Source: the human T2T-CHM13v2.0 reference genome, Homo sapiens | Length of the DNA: 64,000 nt | Reading direction: 5' to 3' (one strand) | NCBI RefSeq assembly: GCF_009914755.1 | Contig: NC_060930.1 | Shown here: one piece after another, positions 1 through 11,625 of the stretch | How the letters are laid out: each line of letters opens with the position of its first letter | Numbering within the stretch: the stretch's first letter is position 1 | The notes under the pieces: generated by a model | Database searches by the model: none | What the model saw: only the letters and a program-made list of their open reading frames with translations | What the model was told of the DNA's origin: nothing | Program-made: the position numbers and the translations under genes

Positions 1-244
1 GCTGAGCCCTAAAGGGTGGAGTGAAAGAGGTGAGGGGGATGTTTGCTGGGGGTGGGGTCGTTGCAGGTGGAGGAAACCTCATGTCTCACCACGTGAGAAC
101 ACAGCCCTTCAGACCTGGCCGCGAGAGGCCAGGGAGGGTGGCGGGGACAGGAACACAGTGCAGATGGGCTTTACTCTTTACTTACATTTATCTTTATCCC
201 ACACATCTTTATTCCTTATCTGAGCATCATGACCCATCAAAATA

Positions 245-268
245 TGTGTGTGTGTGTGTGTGTGTGTG
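245..268. repeat. (TG)n microsatellite
   Basis: 12 consecutive TG units. Confidence 0.95.
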
Positions 269-339
269 CGCACTCACGCGGGTATGTGTGTGTTGGGTCC
301 AGATGTAAGAAGTCTTCCTTAAAATTGACACGAGTCAAA

Positions 340-1510
340 ACCTGAAAAATATGGCTTTCTCCTGAGTGAACTGGGAAACTATTGAAGGCTTTTGGGCCAC
401 AATGCTGACCAGATTGCATTTTAAAAGTTCTACCCTGGGGCCAGGTGCGGTGGCTCATGCCTGGAATCCCAGCATTTTGGGAGGCCCAGGCGGGTGGATC
501 ACCTGAGGTCAGGAGTTCAAGACCAGCCTGGCCAACATGGTGAAACCCCGTCTCTACCAAAAAAAAGTAACAATTAGACGGGTGTGGTGGTGGGTGCCTG
601 TAATCTCAGCTACTCGGGAGGCTGTGGCAGGAGAATTGCTTGAACCTGAGAGGCAGAAGTTGCAGTGAACCAAAACCGTGCCACTGAACTGAGGCCTGGG
701 TGACAGAGCAAGACTCCTTCTCAAAAAAAAAAAAAAGTTCTACCCTGGTAGCAGAGAAGAGAAGGGACTGACGGGGAATGAGACTGGAAGCCAGGGAAGG
801 GGCTGCAGTGGAGAGAGCTGGTGCTGTCCCACATCCGGGTCGTGCCAGTGGGGGTGAAGGAGACGTGGATAAGTGTGAGAACTATTCAGGAAAGAGAAAC
901 ACCAAGATTTGGCGGTGAATTAATATGTGAAATGAGGTGATGGGAGGAGACTGGAGTCAGTCTCCCAGGAAGCCGGCCTGACAATGGCTTGTACGGTGGG
1001 GCTGCTTTCTACAAAAGGGCATCCTGGGCAGGAAGCAGGCTTGGGAAATGTCAAGTGTGAAGTCCTGTGAGCTGTTAATCTGGAGATGTTGAGCAAGTCG
1101 TCGGATATGTGGTCTGGAGTTTGGAGAGACAGACAGGATTGGAATGAGGTTTACTCAGCAGTTAATTCCCAAGCCCGTACTCTTTGCCAGATGCTGCACC
1201 TTATGTTCTAGACCTCCATTAGTAAACGAACAGGTGCTAACACTGCCACCTGGAACCCAGAGCAGCTGCCATTTAAATGGAGCAGAGGTACAGGGATGGA
1301 TACTTACCTAGGGTGAGTGTTTTCAGTATGTTGAAATGGGCTGCTACACCCATGATTGAAATAGAAGAATACTCAGCAGAAGGAGACCGAGACATGGAAA
1401 AACCAGCAGCATGTTCCGTCCTAAGAGACAAGGAAACAAAGCATTGCCAAGAGGTGAGTGCGGGTGTCCAAGTCGATGCAAATATCAAATTGAAATGACA
1501 GATGTCGCCC
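340..1510 (-). mobile_element. L2 LINE fragments, interrupted by an Alu
   Basis: Purine-rich L2-antisense-type motifs (gagactggaagccagggaagg, ggatatgtggtctggagtttggagagac). Boundaries approximate. Confidence 0.6.
439..736 (+). mobile_element. AluS (Sx/Sz-like), full length
   Basis: Dimeric Alu with poly-A and a 16-bp TSD aaaagttctaccctgg (423-438, 733-748). Confidence 0.97.
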
Positions 1511-2164
1511 ACGTGATGGAGGTACTAACAATTTTCTCTCCTACTTCCCAGGTATGCTCTGAGGATGAATAAGGGAAGAAATATTAAAGCCCTATAAATT
1601 TCAGGATAGAAATTGCATATAAAATAGTTTTCATTATCTTTATTATCATCATTGTAACGGTAATGTCAAAGGTCAATGCCAGGAACCACAACTGTAAAAA
1701 GTTAAAGTGCCATCATCCATGATGACTTTTAGAAACAGAACAGGGGGCTATATGAAAAAATAAAACATAGTGAAACTGTAAAAAGAGAAAACAGAAAAAT
1801 AAATCAGGTTCATATTTCCTGGCATTCCCAGTAAATGGTAGCTATTTATTTGTTGATGTGTTTATTTATTTACTGTTCTCCGTATGAAGATGTGTAGAAT
1901 GCAATTAGTGCTTTTCTGATATTGAATAATCTCACAAATCAAAGAACTCCCACTTTCTTGATGGCTAAGTCTCATGAACACAGAGAAGCTATCAGAGAGC
2001 TTCATGCCAGAGAAGTTAGCTCACAGGGCTTTGACTCCTGAGATGCTGCACTGCGAGACGGAATCCTACATCCCTAGGATGAAACCTAAGCAGTATAATC
2101 CCATGAGACAAGGTGGAAATGTAAAGTGTAACGATTGTCATTGTTGTTACTAATGGTCTCTGTG

Positions 2165-2395
2165 ATAATTGGAGGACACTCAGGACAGATGGCAGCTAAC
2201 TGTAATATGGGACCCTGGATTGCATCCTGCAACAGAAAAAAGGACATTAATAGAAAACCAACCAAGGTCTGTACTTTACTTAATATTGGACTAATGTTAA
2301 TTTCCTGATTTTGACCATTGTAATACAAATGTGTCAGATGCTAACATTAGGGGAAGCTGGATGAAAGGTATACTGAACAGGAATTCTCTCTGCTT
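2165..2395 (+). mobile_element. L1MC-like 3' UTR fragment
   Basis: ggaccctggattgcatcctgcaacagaaaaaaggacatta...aacattaggggaagctggatgaaaggtata resembles L1MC 3' sequence. Confidence 0.7.
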
Positions 2396-4659
2396 TACCT
2401 CACATCCATGACATCAGTCTAAGTCTTCAACATATTTTCATGCTTCAATTGGCTTTGGCTGTTTCTTCAAGTTTTTCTGCACCTCCGCATAGCAACTCAC
2501 CTCATTTGGACCTACTATACTAGAAGAAGCCTGGACTCCATGCACGAGCTTGTAACAACAAGTGAAATAGCATCACTGGCTCCTAAAAATCATGAATCTA
2601 TCTTTTTACATTTTATTGTTTTAAATTTATTGCCTATTACTCCAAGAATTATTTTTGTATGCTTGTTTTTAAAATATCTATGTCAAAGTATTCTCTGCAC
2701 TTAGTCACTTTCTGTGTACCAATCTGCAAATGGTCCAGTTTAGTGTATAAACCATCTCAACTGAGGAAGACTTTGTCAGTGCTCACACCCACACATATAA
2801 CACCCATCTCCATGTGCTACTAATTCGCCTGGCAAAAACATGTTATTAAAACAATGCATGTGTGCAAAACATTGAAATTGCCTCTTTTTGTGGTGGTATC
2901 ATAAACAATGAAATCTGACTGTATCATCAGGAAACACTTGCTCTCCCGTCTCAACTCACATTATTATTTGTAAATGTACTAAGTGTTATAAATGGAAAAG
3001 TTTGCCAAAATCAGCAAAGTCCATTAAAAAAAAACAGCCTGGATATTTGGCTCTGAAAACCTTCTCTGGCCAAATCCTTAAGTCTTTTTTCCTGCTCAGG
3101 ACTTGCATGAAAACCACAAGAGGGCCTGTATTGAAGCCTATGGGCTGGGAATCCCAGTAGCAGCAGCACCAGATGGACCAGAAGAGACCCTCAGCAACAG
3201 GGAAGCCCCTTTATCTAACCTCTCCTAATGTAAATGCATTTCCTCAGTGCATAATGCACTGCAACGTCTCACTTAGACACAGAAAAATGAATTCCATGGA
3301 GGGAAGCATTATCTAGAATAACCTTGATTTAACAAGAATGATTTCATTGAGCAAGCATTGACCCATCCATCTGAAGAACAATTTGCTCAAAGAAACCACC
3401 AGTCAAAACGCTAACGAAGTAAGAAAGCAGCCTGCTGGTTTGGGACTGGGAGAGTGCAGAGCGCTAAGACCACGCTGCCTGCCAAGAGGCCGTGCCTCGC
3501 GTTTGAATCCCAGCAGTGCTGCCGGAGGTGGCATTGATGGATCCGCATGTCCAAGCCAGAACTGAAGACACTTCTCAGGAGGATAGCAAGTGACCTGCAT
3601 GCCAGAACATGTGGTTTTCTTTACAAGGCTTTCCACCTCTGCATTCTCCATTTTCTACTTAGCAGAAACTGTGCACGCTACATGTTTTACAGGGCATACA
3701 GGGTGGCCTAATCCCATCCAGTCACCAAAAACATGTAGTTTATTTTTCCCTGCAAGACTGTCTTGAACAGCATGGCATCCCTCCATGTTCAGGTGAAGCA
3801 CTGAAGAATGAAGCTGGTGGGGAGCAAGGAGGCACCAGTGAAGCAAGTGTTACAAACTGCAAGATGGAATTCTGCTTAAGCAGAATGGAGAAGCCATTAA
3901 AGCCAATAATTCATGTTAGGATCCCTGAAAGGATTCATTTAGTTCTGCTAGCTACATAAAGATAGTCCCTCCAGAGCACAAATATGTAGCATTTGTTAAA
4001 AACAGTATCAGTGAAACTAGATGGTCAGAAATGGAAAAATAGGGCACCAACTTCCTTGTACCCCCTCCCAGACACCCAGACTGGCTGCCTCAGGAAGAAC
4101 AAGGCTATCTGGCCTCCTTGCCTCAGACTTGGGTGCAGGGAGCCCAGAAGGTCCCAGGTGGCACTGGGATGGCCGCAGGGGGACATCGGCACACCCTGGA
4201 AGGTGACCCTCACCTCGTAGTGATGGAGTGGAGCTCTTTGTCCCATCCTCAGCCACCCTCAAGATGCAGAAATGAGCAGACAGAGCAGAAAGCGGCACAG
4301 ACAGCCAGGGGAGAGTTTCCTTCTGTCCAGACACAGGCACGGCACAAACAGGGAATACCTGGTGTCTCCCCCATCACTTTCCTTTTGCTCAGATTAAAGA
4401 AGAAAACTGGAAACCACCGTTATCTAGGACATAGCAGCTCTGCTAGCAGTGAGCCAGGGCCACATGTGGACTGCGTCAGAGTGGTCAGGAGCATGAGATT
4501 TGGGGACAGAGAAGGGCATTGGGACAGGGGCTGCATCCACGCATTTGCTTCAATTCCCTCTCCTGCCAGAATCAGACAATCAGATCTGGTTTTCTGTTGT
4601 TGTTGTTTTAATGGAGATGGGATCTTGAGCTTCCAGCACCTTCTTTATTAGTGTAAATA

Positions 4660-5625
4660 TCTCCGTCAGTCCCCACCAGCTAAAATTACATTGAATGGAA
4701 TGGGACTCAAGGCCAGCACCCTTGTGTTAGATGAGGGACCCCTCCATGAGTCCTGTCTCTCGAACCCCATATCCGACCCATGAGCGGGTCCCGTAACTCT
4801 ACCTTCCAGATAGCACCGAAGGCAGCCAGCACTTGCCAGTTCCACCGCTGTGCCCCGGGCTGACCACCCAGCTCTTCTCTTGCCTGTGTGCTATATGGGC
4901 TTTCTAATTGGTGTCCCTGGGTCCTTCCTTGCACCCTTCATCCTAATCTCCACACAGGAGCCAAAGCAACGCTGTTAAAATATGTGTCTGATCACACCAG
5001 CCCACTGCTCAGAACTCTCCAAGGGTTGTGAGCCAAGCAGAGTCTTACACGGGTGGCGAGGCCCTGTGTAACTGGATCGTTATTTCTCTGAACTCTCTGT
5101 CTGTTCTTCTTGCTCAGGCCACCCCAGCCATTCTGTCCTTGTAACTCCTTGAACTTTCCAGGCATGGTCCCCCAACAGGGCCTTTGTACCTGCTGCTCCC
5201 TCTGCCTATAAAGTTTATTTCTGAGGCTCATTTCTCATCTCTTCCCAGTCTTTATTCAAGCATGCACCCCACACCCCCCATTGCCTTTTCCTGGCTTTAT
5301 TTCATTTATTTATTTATTTTGAGATGGAATCTTGCTCTTGTCGCCCAGGCTGGAGTGCAGAGGCACGATCTCGGCTCACTGCAACCTCTGCCCTGGCTTT
5401 ATTTTACTTCATAGCCCCTGTCACCATGTAACAAGCTATTGACTCCACTTATTTACCTTGCTTACTATCTGTTTCCCTCAACCAGGATTTGAGAATAACA
5501 AAGACAGGCATCTGTTTGCTTATTTTGTTCCATGACGTATTCTGAGAGCCCAGAACAGTGTCTGATATACAGTTAATGCTCAGCAAATCACTGTTACCTT
5601 CACCGGTGGGATGAATAAATGTTGA
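4660..5625 (+). mobile_element. L2a-like LINE 3' region
   Basis: L2 motifs ctccacacaggagccaaag, ctgatcacaccagcccactgctcagaactctcca, and 3' end cccagaacagtgtctgatatacagttaatgctca. Confidence 0.8.
5303..5391 (-). mobile_element. 5'-truncated Alu (3' about 90 bp)
   Basis: Right-arm end with (ttta)n tail and TSD cctggctttattt (5290-5302, 5392-5404). Confidence 0.9.
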
Positions 5626-5746
5626 AGGAATCACAGCAATCAGGCAGGATACAAGAGCACTGAAGAGCAGGCAAGAGATGCTGAGAACCCGCTGGTTCTG
5701 CAGGACAAGGCATTTCTCGATCTTTTGGTTAAGAGTGGGCAGAAGA

Positions 5747-6675
<929 letters not shown>

Positions 6676-6973
6676 GGCTGGGTGCGGTGGTTCACGCCTC
6701 TAATCCCAGCACTTTAGGAGGCCTAAGCAGGAGGATTGCTTGAGGCCAGGAGTTCAAGTTCAGCCTGGGGAACATAATGAGACCCCATTTCTAAAAAATA
6801 ATTTTTTAAAATTAACCAGGCATGGTGTGTGTGCCTGTAGTCTCAGCTACTTGGGAGGCTGAGGCAGGAGGACTGCTTGAGCCCAGGAGGTTGAGGCTAT
6901 ATTGAGCCGTGCTTGCACCACTGCACCCCAGCCTGAGCGAGAGTGAGAACCTGTCTCAAAAAAAAAAAAAAAA
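6676..6973 (+). mobile_element. AluJ, full length
   Basis: AluJ-type ggaggattgcttgaggccaggag and gagcccaggaggttgaggct, with poly-A. Confidence 0.93.
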
Positions 6974-7744
6974 GTTCTCTATTCCCCGTGACCAAAAGAC
7001 TTCAGGAGTTTAAAGTATTTTCTGGTTTGAATCATGATTACGATGTTGTTATTGTATGCAACTAATGAAAACAACATAAATGTTATAAATGCTGATTTAC
7101 AAATTGTGTTAATGCAAGGAGGAAATTTTAATTGGAAATGTATCACTCATATGATGAATGTTCTTTTTTTTTTTTTTTTTTTTTTTTGAGTTGGGCTCTC
7201 ACACTGTCACCCAAGCTAGAATGCAGTAGCGTGATTGTGGTTCCTTGTAGAACTCCTGGGCTCAAGGGATCCTCCCGCCTCCGTCTCCCAAGTGGCTGGG
7301 ACTGCAGGTGTATGTCACTACACTCACTCTATTTTTTGTAGAGATGGAGTCTTGCTGTGTTGCTCAGGCTGATCTCAAACTCCTGGGCTTAAGTGATCCT
7401 CTCAAAGTGCTGGGATTACAGGTGTGAGCTACTGCGTCCAGTTTGAATTTTCTCATTTTAAAATGTAACAGGATAAATATACCACTGCCAGAATGCAACA
7501 TAGCTCGGAATTAATTCTTTTCCTACTTTTTGTGCTTTGTAGATATAACTTCTGGAAAACTCCATCACAAAATTAAGCTGATGGGAATGGAAAAGGTTTG
7601 TTATTGAAATGTCCGTCAATTCTCCTAATTCTTTCCTCATTTTATTCCCCAGATCATCCAGGTCTTCACAGGACTCCTCCCCCAGAATGATGCCTCCTTT
7701 GACAATAGCTGGAGATGTCAGAAATGAGATCATTACTCAGCACT
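6974..7744 (-). repeat. Inverted duplicate of 47618-48417 (Charlie2 transposase 3' relic containing an AluJ)
   Basis: Colinear with the reverse complement of 47618-48417, including the identical block aaaccttttccattcccatcagcttaattttgtgat and an AluJ at the same position. Confidence 0.9.
7164..7443 (-). mobile_element. AluJ with a left-arm deletion
   Basis: Reads cactttgagag|gatcac on the minus strand, lacking gccgaggcgggag. The Alu at 47941 has the same lesion. Confidence 0.9.
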
Positions 7745-7912
7745 GGATGCAGTGGTGCGTGTCTGTGTTCCCAGCTACTCAGGAGGCAGAGATAGGAGGA
7801 TCACTCGAGCCCAGAAGGTGGAGGCTGCAGTTAACTTTAATCTGCACCACTGCACTCCAGCCCAGTTGACAGAACAAGACACTGTTTCTTAAAGAATAAT
7901 AATAATAATAAA
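7743..7912 (+). mobile_element. Alu right monomer (FRAM/AluJ-like) with (AAT)n tail
   Basis: cccagctactcaggaggcagagataggaggatcactcgagcccagaagg...gcactccagc. Confidence 0.88.
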
Positions 7913-8054
7913 TTTAAGTCTGGAAAATCTGTTATAGGTAATACCCCTGGCGTAGCTGAAATACTCACATTTTAACGGTTCTGGAGAGAGAGATCTTCCA
8001 CGGCCTTTTTGGTGCTCCCATTGTGTGTGCTTACGTAGGGTGAGCTTGTGGTCA

Positions 8055-9600
8055 ACATTTCTCCAGGGCTCTGCTCATTTTTCTGTATTTTTTTCTTTCC
8101 GTTCTTCAAGCTGCATAATCTCTACCTATCCTGTATATCTACCTTCAAAGTTTGCTGATCCTTTCTATTTGAACAACTCAAATCTCCTGTTGAGCATTTC
8201 TAGCGATTTTTAAATTTTTGTCATTGTGTTTTTTTTCCATTCCAAAATTCCCATTTGGCTCTTTTTTGTAATTCCTCTCTTTAGTGACGGTCTCTATGTA
8301 TGAGTCATTGCTATCAAACCCTTTTAAAATTATTTACACGTGGTTTCCTTAGTCCTCTGAAAACATTTGCAATCCTACTTTGAGTATGCACCTGCTTGGT
8401 CCAACATCTGAGCCCCCTTAAAGGCAGTTTCTATTGCCTGTTGTTTTTCCTGGGTATCAGCTATTCTCTGTTTCTTTGTAAGCCTAATTTTTTGTTGAAA
8501 ACTGGACATTAAATAGTACCTTGTAGTAACTCTGGATACTAACATCCCATTTGGTGGCTTGATTTTTTTTTTTTTTTTTTTGTCATTTTGGTTGTTTACT
8601 TGATTAGTGACATGGCTGGGCTGAATCTGTGAAGTCTTATTTCCCTTGCAGTGTGATGTCCTGGCTCAGCTATTTTCCCCTTGAGTATGTCTTTTACCCC
8701 AGCATCCTAGGGTTCACCCTGGGTCTGCATAAACCACTTATTGGTAAAAGACTGTGCTTAAGCTGCTTAGCCAATTAGATTTTCACCTTTAGCACTGCGT
8801 CTGTGTGTGGCTGCAGACTGCTTTCACTGCTCAGAGAGTTCATGATTTTGCCCTGCATTTAGCCAGCGTCTGGTAGCTCAGAGTTTCTCTTTCCCAAAAA
8901 GGCGTAGCCTTCGGCGTGTGCACAGTCTTCCAAATGACCAGGAATCGGTATGATTTTATTTTTAGACCTGGCTTCCTAGGAGTCAGCCTTGGGTCAGAGT
9001 AACTGTTGTTTAGCCAGTGTGTGGTCAGAGGCTGTGCTCAAGTCCCTGGAGCCAGAAAGGCTCAAGGTCCCTTAATGATGCATCTTCTATTGCTGGGCCT
9101 GGAAGCTCCTTCCTACCAATGAGCTGGAGTAGGGCAATCGAGCCCCTGTATTCTTTGTCCTGGGCAAAACTCTCACCCTACAAATGGAGGCTATGTGACG
9201 AGGGAAGTCCCAGTCCTCCATGCTGAGCCCACCAGGTAGCATTTCCACATCATAAGCCTGGGGAAGACAGGATATGCACATGGCCCTCCCCCACTGGTGT
9301 GAAGCTGGAGTTTGGACTGGGAGCTGAGGGTAGAGGGAGTCCCCACCACACAGAGCTGATGAAAAGGCTGTAGGGGTACAAGCCCTGGCTCAAATGCCAT
9401 AGACTCTTGCTATTTTGATTGAGATTTCATAGGTTTTCTTGAATGACGTTTTCCCTTTGCTGTTTGCCCTTAGAACAACTACTAGAGGCTTTAAATGGTT
9501 GTTGGTTTATGTTTTACCTTTTAATTAATTTTCTCCAGTTAAATGGTTGCTTTGCTGAGGAAGTCCTGCCCCCTGGGCCTTTTGTACAATCCACATCAAG
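8055..9600 (-). mobile_element. Old L1M 5' UTR/ORF1 region
   Basis: Antisense L1M ORF1-type motifs (aaatctcctgttgagcatttctagcgatttt, tttttgttgaaaactggacatt). Boundaries approximate. Confidence 0.65.
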
Positions 9601-9849
9601 GTCTTACCATGTGAAAGTGACTTTCTGTGTGGAACTCAAGCCTAATGTGCTGGGGCCAGCCTGCTACCTTTCAGCAGGCACCTGTTCAATGGGGCACCCC
9701 CAAACTCAAATCTCCTGGGCCTGACACAAAGAGGAGCCAGAGGAGAACGAGGAGGAATGGGACACAGCTCTTGCTCAGGGGTGGTAGGACCCAGTGGTCG
9801 AGAATTCAGTCCCAGACAATACATATTTACTGATGGAGTTCCCCACTTC

Positions 9850-9990
9850 AGACCTGATGTACTGCCTGTTTTCTTCCACCAGACATGAGGACCAAGCAGA
9901 TGAGTTTTGTTTATTCTGTCCTGTGCTGTATACCCAGAGCCTGGAACAGTGCCTGGTACACAGTAGGGCACCTGCTGACCGGGTGCAGTT
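9850..9990 (+). mobile_element. L2 3' end fragment
   Basis: gctgtatacccagagcctggaacagtgcctggtacacagtagggc. Confidence 0.75.
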
Positions 9991-10304
9991 CATGGCCACC
10001 ACCTCTAGCTACCTGTGATTGGAGATAAGACAGTAATGAGGCCAGACTTCTTCAAGAATCCTTTGAGCTTCCTAACACACAGCTGTGCAGCCTGTGCTGC
10101 GTTACTTACCATAGCCCCAGCTCCAGCCCAGGAGGACTCCCACCCGACTCTGTGGCAAGTTGGATGGAGCACCACAGTTGCAGTCACATGTCAAGCCATA
10201 ACACTGGCAGAGCTCCTTGAGAAAGCTGCCTCCTCTGCCACAATGCACTCCTGCCTCAGTGCCTTGTGTGTAAGAGAAGAGCCAGGCAGAGGAGATGCTT
10301 CTGC

Positions 10305-10715
10305 CTTCATCCCAGGAGATGGGCTTGAACTGCATGGGTCCACCTAGACATGGATTTTCTTCCATCTCTGCCACCCCCGAGACAGCAAAACCAACCCCTC
10401 CTCTTCCTCCTCCTTCTCGGCCTACTCGATGTGAAGATGAAGAGGATGAACACCTTTGTGATGATCCACTTCATGAACAGTAAACGTGTTTTTCCTTCCT
10501 TGTGATTTTCTGAATACCATTTTCTTTTCTCCAGCTTACTTTAAGAAAACAGTACATCATGCACATACAAAATATGTGTTAATTAAAGACTTTATGTTAT
10601 CAGTAAGGCATCTGGATGACAGCAAGCTATTCATAGGGGAATCAAAAGTTATACTCAGATTTTCAGCTGTGCAGGGATCGGTGCCTCTACCCCCACACTG
10701 TTCAAGGGTCACCTG
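10305..10715 (+). mobile_element. Tigger2a-like (TcMar-Tigger) DNA transposon
   Basis: gagacagcaaaaccaacccctcctcttcctcctcc...gatgaagaggatgaa and terminal ttcaagggtcacctg followed by TA. Confidence 0.85.
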
Positions 10716-10734
10716 TATATCCACTTTATTTTTT

Positions 10735-11153
10735 TAATATTTATTTTTATGTCAACAGTTTTTGGGGAACAGGTGGTTTTTTGTTACATGGATAAATTAT
10801 TTAGTGGTGATTCCTGAGATTTCGGTGCACCTGTCACCTGAGCAGTGTCCCTTACCCCCTCCCACCCTTCTTTCCAAGATCCTAGAGCCCATTATATCAT
10901 TCTTATGCCTTTGCATCCTCATAGTGTAGCTTCCACTTATAAGTGAGAACATACGATATTTTGTTTTCCATTCCTGAGTTACATCACTTAGGATAATGGC
11001 CTCCAGTTCCATCCAAGTTAGTGCAAAAGACATTGTTTCATTCCTTTGTATGGCTGAGTAGTATTCCATGGTGTATATATACCACATTTTCTTTATCCAC
11101 TCATTGGCTGATGGGCAGTTATGTTGGTTCCATATCTTTGCAATTGCAAATTG
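10735..11153 (-). mobile_element. L1PB-like 3' end, 5'-truncated
   Basis: The ORF2 C-terminal peptide MWYIYTMEYYSAI...WMELEAIILS is in the ORF track, followed by an L1PB-type 3' UTR. TSD tgtatat(cc/gt)actttattt. Confidence 0.88.
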
Positions 11154-11332
11154 TATATGTACTTTATTTTTATTATTTTTTAAATTTCATTTCTAAATTT
11201 CAGAAAACCTACTTAAATACACTTTGAAACAACAGTCCAACAAAATAGAACAGACTTCAAATGTTGAATATACAAACCATTATAGTTCAAATCTGAACAC
11301 TGGTACTTTCCGTCATAAACTTCAACTAAAAC

Positions 11333-11542
11333 AAAAAAAAAGAAAAGAAAGAAAGGAAGAAGGAAGGGAGGGAGGGAGGAAGGGAGGGAGGGAGGAAAGA
11401 AAAGAAGAATAGAAAAGGAAAAGAAAAGAAGGAAGGAGAGCGAGAAAGAAAGAAAGAAAGAAGAAAAGAAAGAAAGAAGAAAAAGAAGAAAAGAAAGAAC
11501 GAACGAAAGAAAGAAAGAAAGAAAGAGAAAGAAAGAAAAAAG

Positions 11543-11623
<81 letters not shown>
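11333..11623. repeat. Compound (GAAA)n/(GGGA)n/(GCAA)n microsatellite
   Basis: About 290 bp of near-pure purine tetramers inside the retrocopy 3' region. Confidence 0.95.
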
Positions 11624-11625
<2 letters not shown>

